A DNA stretch of 32,000 bases from Telmatocola sphagniphila (GTDB lineage: Bacteria; Planctomycetota; Planctomycetia; Gemmatales; Gemmataceae). The notes under the pieces were generated by a model. The model did not search any database. It was not told the DNA's origin and saw only the letters and a list, made by a program, of their open reading frames with translations. The stretch lies in the NCBI RefSeq assembly GCF_018398935.1, contig NZ_CP074694.1, positions 1,260,001-1,292,000 on the forward strand, in the 5' to 3' direction. The translations under genes were made by a program, and so were the position numbers. This document shows, one piece after another, positions 8,254 to 15,610 of this stretch; the first letter of the stretch is position 1, and each line of letters begins with the position of its first letter.

Positions 8254-8403
8254 ATGCCCGAATTGATTCCTTGTTCCATGGCTAGTTTAGCCATCGCGTC
8301 GCTCTACTACACTTGGAGAGAGCGGATTCGTCCCAAATCTCTTCCTGCCACTCTACTTCGACAGCGAGTAGCCTACATGATGTGGGTGGCCGCTCGTCAA
8401 TAA
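8254..8403 (+). CDS. Candidate small membrane protein (49 aa), absent from the ORF track
   Basis: ATG at 8254 is preceded by GGAGG (8242-8246) at 7-nt spacing. The product is MPELIPCSMASLAIASLYYTWRERIRPKSLPATLLRQRVAYMMWVAARQ. TAA at 8401-8403 is followed within 15 nt by a strong terminator hairpin. Confidence 0.4.
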   Translation: MPELIPCSMASLAIASLYYTWRERIRPKSLPATLLRQRVAYMMWVAARQ

Positions 8404-8415
8404 GTTTCTCTCTCC

Positions 8416-8453
8416 GGGGAACGATTCTCAAGCGGATCGTTCCTCTTTCTTTT
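8416..8453 (+). terminator. Rho-independent terminator
   Basis: Perfect 8-bp stem GGAACGAT (8418-8425) / ATCGTTCC (8436-8443), extendable by G-U and G-C pairs. 10-nt loop, then the T-rich tail TCTTTCTTTT (8444-8453). The complementary strand has no T-tract, so it is unidirectional. Confidence 0.55.
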
Positions 8454-8489
8454 CAAATCCGATTCAAGTCTAATTGGTAAAGTCTTTTG

Positions 8490-8518
8490 TTGACCAGACA
8501 CCTCACAAGGTTTAAAAT
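8490..8518 (+). promoter_or_regulatory. Sigma70-type promoter candidate for hisF
   Basis: TTGACC (8490-8495), an exact 17-nt spacer, then TAAAAT (8513-8518). It sits just downstream of the terminator and 47 nt upstream of the hisF ATG at 8565. Confidence 0.4.
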
Positions 8519-8564
8519 TCATAAAGAATAACCTCGAACCTGTTTTGTGAAACCAAATAGCTTC

Positions 8565-9344
8565 ATGCTGACTAAAAGGATCATTCCCTGTCTCGATGTC
8601 GAAAAAGGTCGAGTGGTCAAAGGTGTGAACTTCGTTGGACTGCAGGATGTCGGCGACCCGGTGGAAGTGGCACAGCGCTACGAATCCGAAGGCGCGGATG
8701 AACTCGTTTTTCTCGATATCACGGCCAGCCACGAAGGGCGGGAAATTCTCGCAGGTATCGTGCGGCGGGTGGCGGAAGTCATTTTCATGCCGTTCACTGT
8801 TGGGGGGGGAATTCGCACGCTGGAGGACGCGACCCGTCTAATTCAGGCGGGGGCCGAGAAAATCAGCATCAATTCCGCTGCGGTAAAAACTCCAGAACTG
8901 ATTTCAGAGGTTTCCCGTAAATTTGGTAGTTGCGCCACCGTGGTGAACATCGATCCGAAGCGGGTACAACGAAATGGCGAGGAGTTTTGGGAAGTCTTTA
9001 TCAACGGCGGGCGGGTTCCGACTGGGCTGGAAGCCGTCGCCTGGGCGAGAGAAGTGGAGCGTTTAGGTGCTGGAGAAATCGTTCTAACCTCCATGGATTC
9101 GGACGGTACGAAAAAAGGTTACGACCTACCCATCCTCAAGGCAGTCACTCAAGCGGTCAGTATTCCAGTGGTTGCCAGTGGTGGGGCCGGTTGTGCCGAG
9201 CATTTCCGGGAAGCGTTCGTTTCCGGAGCGGATGCGGCGTTGGCCGCGAGTATATTCCATTACCAGGAAACCAGTATTCCAAGAGTTAAGAGCTATTTGG
9301 AACAGCACAATATTGCGGTCCGCAGACATTTCAATCTGAATTAG
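8565..9344 (+). CDS. hisF: Imidazole glycerol phosphate synthase, cyclase subunit
   Basis: [23 protein letters not shown]... matches the canonical HisF N-terminus, so ATG 8565 is preferred over the track's GTG 8547. Also has the motifs [16 protein letters not shown] and SGGAG. Confidence 0.93.
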   Translation: MLTKRIIPCLDVEKGRVVKGVNFVGLQDVGDPVEVAQRYESEGADELVFLDITASHEGREILAGIVRRVAEVIFMPFTVGGGIRTLEDATRLIQAGAEKISINSAAVKTPELISEVSRKFGSCATVVNIDPKRVQRNGEEFWEVFINGGRVPTGLEAVAWAREVERLGAGEIVLTSMDSDGTKKGYDLPILKAVTQAVSIPVVASGGAGCAEHFREAFVSGADAALAASIFHYQETSIPRVKSYLEQHNIAVRRHFNLN

Positions 9345-9365
9345 GTTTAAAAGGGAGTAACTTTC

Positions 9366-10556
9366 ATGTCGTCGATATCAACTCAAGATTCTCTTACGGC
9401 CGCCCGGGATCTCGTCGTCGAAAACAGCATTGCGGATAATCTCGAAAAAGCTCCTTTGGAAGCCAAGCGGGAACCGGAAGTCAATAAGCTTTTTCGCATG
9501 GTGATGAAGCACAATGCTTCCGACTTGCATCTGAAAGTGGGTCAACCCCCCATGATGCGTATGCGAGGGGATATTCAGCGGGTCAAAGCCCCGCCGATGA
9601 CGCAGGAGGAGATGGAGCGTTTGCTTCTCCCTCTGCTCAAGCCGGACCACCGCAAGATTTTAGATAACGAAGGGGGCGTTGACTTTTCCTACGTCATCGG
9701 GGCCGACGAGTGCCGTTTCCGCGTCTCCTTGTTCAAACAACGCGGTAAACTCTCTCTGGTTTCCCGCCGCGTGAACAGCGACATCCCGAGTTTCAAAGGC
9801 CTGGGACTTCCGGACTCCATCGAATTGCTCTGTAATTTCAACGAAGGTTTGGTGATTCTGGCCGGGGTGACCGGTTCGGGTAAGTCGACGACGATCGCTT
9901 CGATGCTGAATTTCATTAACGAACGCGAACCGCTGCACATTTTGACGATTGAAGACCCGATTGAATTCACGTTTACCGATGCCAAGTCCTATATCAATCA
10001 GCGGGAAATCGGCCTCGATAGCCGAGACTGGCACAAGGCCTTGAAGGATGCGGTGCGACAGGACCCGGATGTGATGCTGATCGGTGAGTTGCGCGATATC
10101 GAAACATTCGAAGCTGCCGTGCACGCCGCTGAAACGGGTCACTTGGTATTCGGGACGATTCACGCCTCTAGTGCGGCCACTACGATTAACCGTATTCTCG
10201 ACTTGTTCCCACCAGAAAAGCATGGTGCGATCCGGAAAGCGCTCGCGAATAACCTGAAAGCCGTGGTTGCTCAGAAATTGCTCAAGGGATTGAAGAAGCC
10301 GCGTATTCCCACCAATGAGATTATGATCGTCAATCCGACCATTCGCAAGCTGATTGGCGAAGGGGAGGACATGAAAATTCAGGATGCCATCAAGCTCTTC
10401 TACAACGAAGGTATGATCGACTTCACGGAAAACCTCCGTCAATTAGTTGATAGAGGGGATTGCGATAAAGCCACAGCTCTGGAATATGCCCCTGACCCTG
10501 AGAAACTGAAGATGGCTTTCAAGGGCATCAAGGTGGCAGCGGCTGGGATTCTGTGA
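9366..10556 (+). CDS. pilT: PilT-family type IV pilus retraction-type ATPase
   Basis: 396 aa. Walker A GVTGSGKSTT, Asp box LTIEDPIEF, Walker B DPDVMLIGELRD, His box GHLVFGTIHA, and the PilT-like TIRKLIGEGE motif. AAGGGAG SD upstream. About 40-aa N-terminal extension. Confidence 0.85.
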   Translation: MSSISTQDSLTAARDLVVENSIADNLEKAPLEAKREPEVNKLFRMVMKHNASDLHLKVGQPPMMRMRGDIQRVKAPPMTQEEMERLLLPLLKPDHRKILDNEGGVDFSYVIGADECRFRVSLFKQRGKLSLVSRRVNSDIPSFKGLGLPDSIELLCNFNEGLVILAGVTGSGKSTTIASMLNFINEREPLHILTIEDPIEFTFTDAKSYINQREIGLDSRDWHKALKDAVRQDPDVMLIGELRDIETFEAAVHAAETGHLVFGTIHASSAATTINRILDLFPPEKHGAIRKALANNLKAVVAQKLLKGLKKPRIPTNEIMIVNPTIRKLIGEGEDMKIQDAIKLFYNEGMIDFTENLRQLVDRGDCDKATALEYAPDPEKLKMAFKGIKVAAAGIL

Positions 10557-10689
10557 TTTTTTGCTCATTCTCAAGAAGACGGCTTCCAAACGCTGGCGAA
10601 TTCGTGTTTACTAACTAAAACAAGCTTCACTGTCCGCTCAATTCCGTGCGAACAGTTTTCAGCGCCTGGAAGGCTTGGAGTAGGTTCGT

Positions 10690-12399
10690 ATGCTCGCTCC
10701 TTTGATCGCGGATCTGAACGATCTTACGGGGCTACTTTCCACTTTTATGCCTCGGGGAGATGGAAATCTCTTATTCCATCCTGGCAAGATCATTTTTATC
10801 ACGCTAATTTTTTTAGCCTGGGTCTCGACGGTCAAATGGATCGATCAGGACTGTAATCGTGTCAGTCTCAATCGGCAGTTGTGGTCGGTAGCCAGTCTGG
10901 CGGGATTTGCACTGGGGATGGTCGCCGTCTCCATGATGCCCCACTACGGGCTAAGCATTATCCTGCTGATTTTACTTTACCTGTCTCCGACGTTGATTTA
11001 CGTGAGTAAGCGCAACGAAATCGTTCCTCCGCAACTTAAAGTGTTGACGCGGGCTCACATAAGAAATCTCATCAAGAGGCGTCTAGGAGTGGATGTGGGG
11101 GCTGGCGGCAAAGGCGATGAGGGGCCACTACCTTCTATTCAATTCATAGCCAAGAACTCGACCCAGGATGATATCGACGAAGCCCGCCTCTCGAAAGCAG
11201 TTGATTCGCCCGGCTATCGTGCCGCACTCGAACTGGTTCAGGACGCTATCAACCAGAGGGCGACCGATATCCATTTGGAACCGACGCGGGATGAAATGAC
11301 CATTCGATTTCGCGTCGACAGTATTATGAACTCCGTGCCCTCGTTCGCTCGTAGCCGTGGTGATTCGGTCATCAACGTATTCAAAGTGCTCGCCGGCTTG
11401 GATATTACTGAAAAACGTAAGCCCCAGGATGGTAGTTTCGGGGCGGAAGTCGAAGGTCGCAAGGTCGATTTCCGCTTGGCAACGGCGGGAAGTCTGAATG
11501 GCCAGAAGATGGTTATTCGTATTCTTGATGCCTCGAGGCAGGTCACCACACTCAACAGTCTTGGCTTGCGTGCCCAACTTCGGGAAAAAGTCGAAACCGT
11601 CTGCCAGCAATCCTACGGTATGATGATTACCTGCGGCCCGACCGGGGCCGGGAAAACGTCCACTCTTTATGCATGTTTAGGCGAAATTGATCGATTCCAA
11701 CGCAACGTCATCACTCTGGAAAATCCCGTTGAATACCAGATGGATAACGTAACGCAGATTGAAGTGAATCCTAAGGCCGGCAAGACTTTTGCTGGCGAGC
11801 TTCGCAGTATTCTTCGACAGGATCCGGATGTTATATTGGTGGGTGAAATTCGAGATGCCGAAACGGCCGAAATCGCCTGTCAGGCCGCTCAGACCGGTCA
11901 CATGGTCTTCACCACCGTACATGCGAACGATGCCGTTACCTCGGTCGGTCGACTAATCGACTTAGGCGTAAAACCCTTCATGATTGCCAGTGCCCTTTCT
12001 GCCGTGCTCGGCCAGCGTCTGGTACGGTTGCTCTGTCCGAAATGCAAGATAGGTTACAGTCCGTCGGACGACATGCTGCGAAAATTGAAGATCAAGCCCG
12101 CTCCCGATCGGAAAATTACCTTCTACAAACCGAAGGTTTTGAATCCCGATGATTCGAATGCCGACGTACGAAATCGCTGCGAAAAATGTAAAGGCACCGG
12201 CTACCTCGGTCGAACCGGTATTTTCGAATTACTGATGATCACGGATGAAATCAAAGAGTTGATTCGGGCGAACCCCGACCTGGTGGCCATCCGCCAGTCC
12301 GCGCTGAAAAATGGTTTCCAAACGCTCTTCGAGGACGGGCTGCGAAAAGTCATTGAGGGTAAAACTTCGCTAGAAGAAATTCAGCGAGTGGCGAAATAA
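10690..12399 (+). CDS. GspE/PilB-family secretion ATPase with N-terminal three-helix membrane anchor
   Basis: 569 aa. Residues ~34-105 form three hydrophobic helices (IIFITLIFLAWVSTV, LWSVASLAGFALGMVAVSM, GLSIILLILLYLSPTLIYV). Then ATDIHLEP, Walker A GPTGAGKTST, Asp box ITLENPVEY, Walker B DPDVILVGEIRD, His box GHMVFTTVHAN, and the tetracysteine CPKC...CEKC. GGAG SD lies 9 nt upstream of the ATG. Confidence 0.85.
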   Translation: MLAPLIADLNDLTGLLSTFMPRGDGNLLFHPGKIIFITLIFLAWVSTVKWIDQDCNRVSLNRQLWSVASLAGFALGMVAVSMMPHYGLSIILLILLYLSPTLIYVSKRNEIVPPQLKVLTRAHIRNLIKRRLGVDVGAGGKGDEGPLPSIQFIAKNSTQDDIDEARLSKAVDSPGYRAALELVQDAINQRATDIHLEPTRDEMTIRFRVDSIMNSVPSFARSRGDSVINVFKVLAGLDITEKRKPQDGSFGAEVEGRKVDFRLATAGSLNGQKMVIRILDASRQVTTLNSLGLRAQLREKVETVCQQSYGMMITCGPTGAGKTSTLYACLGEIDRFQRNVITLENPVEYQMDNVTQIEVNPKAGKTFAGELRSILRQDPDVILVGEIRDAETAEIACQAAQTGHMVFTTVHANDAVTSVGRLIDLGVKPFMIASALSAVLGQRLVRLLCPKCKIGYSPSDDMLRKLKIKPAPDRKITFYKPKVLNPDDSNADVRNRCEKCKGTGYLGRTGIFELLMITDEIKELIRANPDLVAIRQSALKNGFQTLFEDGLRKVIEGKTSLEEIQRVAK

Positions 12400-12417
12400 C
12401 CAAATAAGAGATATCGC

Positions 12418-13248
12418 ATGATTATGCTTGCTTGCGTTTTGGTTATGCTGATCATCGCATACACGTCCATGCGCGATGGCCTGATCCCAGCTTTTGCTAA
12501 CCTGGTTATCAGCCTTCTAGCCATCATCGTGGCATTCACCATCTGGCCTTACGTTGCGTTTTCCATTGAAACGGATGTTCGCGGCGGCATGATGGACGCT
12601 TTCGAAGACTCCATCCCTCTGATTCTCGGTTTTACTCTGACTGTTTTGGCTTTGCGATTTCTGAGTCAATCGATTCTGAAGGATTACAATTTCGGATTTT
12701 CCGATCTATTCAATCGAGGGGGAGCCTTCGTGGTAGGTCTCATCACGGGATATTTTGTTAGCGGTTTTTTAGTCCTGGTACTCCAGACAATACCCTGGGA
12801 TGAGAACTTCTTGGGTTTCCAACCTGAAAAACAGGGTGTCTCCGGCAGATTCTTCCCTGCCGACACAGTCGTTTTGAAATACTTGACCCGATTGCACAAT
12901 TCGACCGGTTACACGGCAGATTCCGCGGAGCAGAAAGAAGCCTTTGAGAATTTTGAGAAGAATTTCGCAATCTATCGCCGCTTCACCGAGACCCGACCCG
13001 TTCAACTTTATGTTCCGGAACCTCCCAAGGATGCGAACGACAAGAAGTCGACAGACAAGAACAAGGATGTGAAAAAGAAGGATCCAGCGAAAAAAGACGA
13101 CGTCAAAAAAGGTGCTGACAAGAAAGACGAGGAAAAGAAGTCGGGCGATTCGGAGAAGAAGGACGATGAGAAAAAGTCCGGAGACTCGGACAAGAAAGAC
13201 GATGAGAAAAAGTCCGGTGACTCGGATAGAAAACCGGACGATAAGTAA
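12418..13248 (+). CDS. CvpA-like four-TM membrane protein with Lys/Asp/Glu-rich repetitive C-terminal tail
   Basis: 276 aa with four TM segments. A basic/Gly motif follows TM1 (SMRDGLIPAF), resembling the colicin V production (CvpA) family; this assignment is tentative. The last ~75 aa are charged low complexity. Confidence 0.45.
   Translation: MIMLACVLVMLIIAYTSMRDGLIPAFANLVISLLAIIVAFTIWPYVAFSIETDVRGGMMDAFEDSIPLILGFTLTVLALRFLSQSILKDYNFGFSDLFNRGGAFVVGLITGYFVSGFLVLVLQTIPWDENFLGFQPEKQGVSGRFFPADTVVLKYLTRLHNSTGYTADSAEQKEAFENFEKNFAIYRRFTETRPVQLYVPEPPKDANDKKSTDKNKDVKKKDPAKKDDVKKGADKKDEEKKSGDSEKKDDEKKSGDSDKKDDEKKSGDSDRKPDDK
13120..13227 (+). repeat. In-frame tandem repeat, 3 x 36 nt
   Basis: Units at 13120-13155, 13156-13191 and 13192-13227 encode KKDEEKKSGDSE / KKDDEKKSGDSD / KKDDEKKSGDSD. 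Units 2 and 3 differ at only a few synonymous positions. Confidence 0.9.
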
Positions 13249-13254
13249 CTCGAC

Positions 13255-14637
13255 TCACTTCGCTAGCGAAACAGCAACGATCTCTCGATCATTTCGAATG
13301 TACATATTCTTGTTCGCAAATGCGGGGTGCACCCAGATAACCGGGTGCCGAGCCAGATTATTCGTAGGCTCTAAGATCACTGCTCGATCAATTTCGCGAT
13401 AACCTTTCGGCGACAACTCGGCGATAATGAGTTCTCCCTGCTCGTTGAAAAGGAAGTAACGGCTTTGATGCTCGATGATAAATGCATTGTCCCAGCGTTC
13501 GGAGCCATCCGGTCCTTCTTGGGAGGATACTTTTTTCGGAGTCTGTCTCCCGCGCGTCGCTTGCATGGATTCCCAGACTCGAGCGCCGTTTTTTGCATCC
13601 AGACAGCGTAGCTGTCCATAGCTGCAGACACCGTAGATGAAGCCGTCTTTGACAGCGGGTGTCGGCATAATGCTTTGCAGAGTATCCGTTTTGTCGGGCA
13701 TCTCGCTTTTGCCTTTTCCCTCCCAGACGACTTCCACACTGCGGCCGGTGGGAGCTACTTTCAATAATTTTGCACCGTTATAAAAAGCGGTGATGAAAAG
13801 TTTGTCCTCATCCACTTTCCGGACTGCAGGTACGTTCAAAGCCATTTTTAATGGGAAATTCAAGCTCCAGAAGGATTCGCCGGTCTTGGGATCCAAGCCT
13901 ACGATTTTCTGGCCGTGCCAGATAATCAGTTGGCGATGGCCAGCCACCGAATAAATCATCGGCGGGCTATATCCGAAATCTCCCGGGCAATCCAAAGCGG
14001 TCCATACTTCCTTTCCGGTGCTTTTGTCGAATGCCACAACTAATCTGTTTTGTGATCCCCCGGCCAGGCAAATTAAAAGATCACCATCGATAAGAGGATG
14101 GGCGGCGAAACCCCACAAGGGCACTTTTGCATCATATTCTTTTTGAAAATCTTTCTTCCAGAGGACTTCGCCGTTCTCGGTCTTCTGACAGGTGAGGTTC
14201 CCCATGGCTCCCAAGGAATAGACTTTATCGCCATCGACGGTTGGCGTGCAACGGGGACCGGTGGGGTAGCTGATTCGATAGGCGCAGTCGTAGTCGTACT
14301 TCCAGATCTCTTTCCCGGTCTTTTCGTTCAGACAGAGAATCCGTTCCTTACCCGCTAATTCCGCAGTAGCGAAAGCATTAGCCGGACTTTTAACTCCATT
14401 CGCCAGAGTGCGATCCATCACATAAATTCGTCCATCCGCTATGGCCGGGCCACTATATCCGGCGCTGATCGGTTGTCGCCACAGAACTTTCGGCCCGCCC
14501 GCAGGAAACTTGTCGAGAATTCCATCTTCACGCCAGACGCCGTCCCGCTTGGGACCCAACCATTGAGGCCAGTCGTCGGCATACACGAGCGAGCTGCCAA
14601 GGAATACGATGCATAAGCTGCAAAACGCTATTTTCAT
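13255..14637 (-). CDS. Secreted PQQ-like (BamB-like) beta-propeller repeat protein
   Basis: Signal peptide MKIAFCSLCIVFLGSSLVYA/DD from ATG 14637. The DDWPQWLGPKRDG motif and repeated G-x-V/I-Y-x-x-D/G blades are typical of PQQ-binding-like propellers. Upstream in-frame starts at 14670 and 14718 are less likely. Confidence 0.8.
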   Translation of the reverse strand: MKIAFCSLCIVFLGSSLVYADDWPQWLGPKRDGVWREDGILDKFPAGGPKVLWRQPISAGYSGPAIADGRIYVMDRTLANGVKSPANAFATAELAGKERILCLNEKTGKEIWKYDYDCAYRISYPTGPRCTPTVDGDKVYSLGAMGNLTCQKTENGEVLWKKDFQKEYDAKVPLWGFAAHPLIDGDLLICLAGGSQNRLVVAFDKSTGKEVWTALDCPGDFGYSPPMIYSVAGHRQLIIWHGQKIVGLDPKTGESFWSLNFPLKMALNVPAVRKVDEDKLFITAFYNGAKLLKVAPTGRSVEVVWEGKGKSEMPDKTDTLQSIMPTPAVKDGFIYGVCSYGQLRCLDAKNGARVWESMQATRGRQTPKKVSSQEGPDGSERWDNAFIIEHQSRYFLFNEQGELIIAELSPKGYREIDRAVILEPTNNLARHPVIWVHPAFANKNMYIRNDREIVAVSLAK

Positions 14638-14668
14638 CTTCAGACTCCGCTTGAGATCGATCCCAAAC

Positions 14669-14674
14669 ATTATA
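14669..14674 (-). promoter_or_regulatory. Candidate -10 box (perfect TATAAT on the minus strand) for the propeller gene
   Basis: Plus-strand ATTATA at 14669-14674 reads TATAAT on the minus strand, 32 nt upstream of ATG 14637. No good -35. It lies within the small palindrome AACATtatATGTT. Confidence 0.25.
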
Positions 14675-14758
14675 TGTTGCCTTGAGGAGCAGATTCCGTT
14701 TCGCACAAGGGTGTTCAATAATTGGTAAGGCTCGAGTGGTTGAAAGGACGATTGCCGG

Positions 14759-15610
14759 ATGCGGCAAATAATTCGGAAAAATGTGGATGGCCTGGAACGT
14801 CAGGCCATTTTTTATCAGCACAACCCCGGTAATTCCAGACAGCCACTGCTGATCGTGCTCCACGGCAAGGGAGGCACTGCAGATTGGGTTCTGGAAGAGA
14901 CGCAGCTGGAAATGTTCGCGTCCGAGCAGGGTATCGCGCTTTTAGCACCAGACGCCTTGACGCTCGAACCCGATAAACCCCCCAAATTTCTAAGCAATCC
15001 GCAGTTCTGGAATTCAGACCCACGCAATGAATTTGCCGGGCGGCTGCCGGATGATGTGAGATTTCTCAAAATACTGATCGACGATTTTCGGCAGTATTTC
15101 CTGATCGATCCGAAACGCATCTACGTTACGGGCTTCTCCAATGGAGCGGCCATGACCTTCCGTTTGGCCATCGAAGCCGGACAGGTTCTCGCTGGGATCG
15201 CACCAATTGCAGGAAATTGCCTCGTTGACCCGGTCTTATTGCATCATCCCGTTCCTACCCTTTGGCTGATGGGCGAAAAAGATCCGCTAATGCCTTTCGA
15301 GGGAGGATTGGTGACATCTCCCTGGGGTAAACAGTATACTCGGCCGCCGATGGTGAGCGAGGCTCAGCGTTGGGCTTCCGCATTGAAATTCCGGCTGGAG
15401 GAGAAACACGATTTTTCTTACCCGGATCGCGAGGGAATGCGCTACGTGCGTGAGGGGCAGGTATATTTCGAGTTCTGTAAGCTCAAAAATCTCGGTCACC
15501 ACTGGCCGGGTGGGTTGGGCCGACTGAACCCCAAGTTATTTGGCCCGGCTGCTCCAATAAACGGCAACGAACTGATCTGGAATTTCTTCAAGCACCATCA
15601 GCTTGGATGA
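14759..15610 (+). CDS. Alpha/beta hydrolase, LpqC/PHB-depolymerase-family esterase (no signal peptide)
   Basis: 283 aa. LLIVLHGKGGTA and the nucleophile elbow YVTGFSNGAAMTFRLA (G-x-S-x-G) resemble COG3509-type esterases. The N-terminus lacks a hydrophobic signal. Confidence 0.7.
   Translation: MRQIIRKNVDGLERQAIFYQHNPGNSRQPLLIVLHGKGGTADWVLEETQLEMFASEQGIALLAPDALTLEPDKPPKFLSNPQFWNSDPRNEFAGRLPDDVRFLKILIDDFRQYFLIDPKRIYVTGFSNGAAMTFRLAIEAGQVLAGIAPIAGNCLVDPVLLHHPVPTLWLMGEKDPLMPFEGGLVTSPWGKQYTRPPMVSEAQRWASALKFRLEEKHDFSYPDREGMRYVREGQVYFEFCKLKNLGHHWPGGLGRLNPKLFGPAAPINGNELIWNFFKHHQLG

Noticed and set aside
8547-8564. GTG start for hisF given by the ORF track
   Set aside because: The canonical HisF N-terminus ([12 protein letters not shown]) begins at ATG 8565. 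The six extra residues have no support.
8397-8732. 111-aa minus-strand ORF
   Set aside because: It is antisense to the hisF 5' end and runs through the hisF promoter and the terminator hairpin. No motif.
9660-10442. 260-aa minus-strand ORF (and a similar one at 11128-11610)
   Set aside because: These are antisense shadows of the pilT and gspE-like genes, which have unambiguous ATPase motifs.
10583-10672. Long-range pairing CTTCCAaaCGCTG / CAGCGccTGGAAG in the pilT / gspE-like spacer
   Set aside because: It is an 11-bp interrupted stem enclosing about 65 nt. It is plausible as a structured leader, but I cannot evaluate it without folding or covariation.
14638-14718. N-terminal extension of the propeller ORF (MNTLVRNGICSSRQHIMFGIDLKRSLK)
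   Set aside because: A canonical signal peptide starts at Met28 (ATG 14637), and a TATAAT box lies inside the extension. Met17 (14670) remains a minor alternative.
14759-15610. Idea that the convergent esterase is the missing thioesterase of the pfa-ole pathway
   Set aside because: It is on the opposite strand. It belongs to the LpqC/PHB-depolymerase family rather than the hotdog or type II thioesterase families. There is no evidence of coupling.
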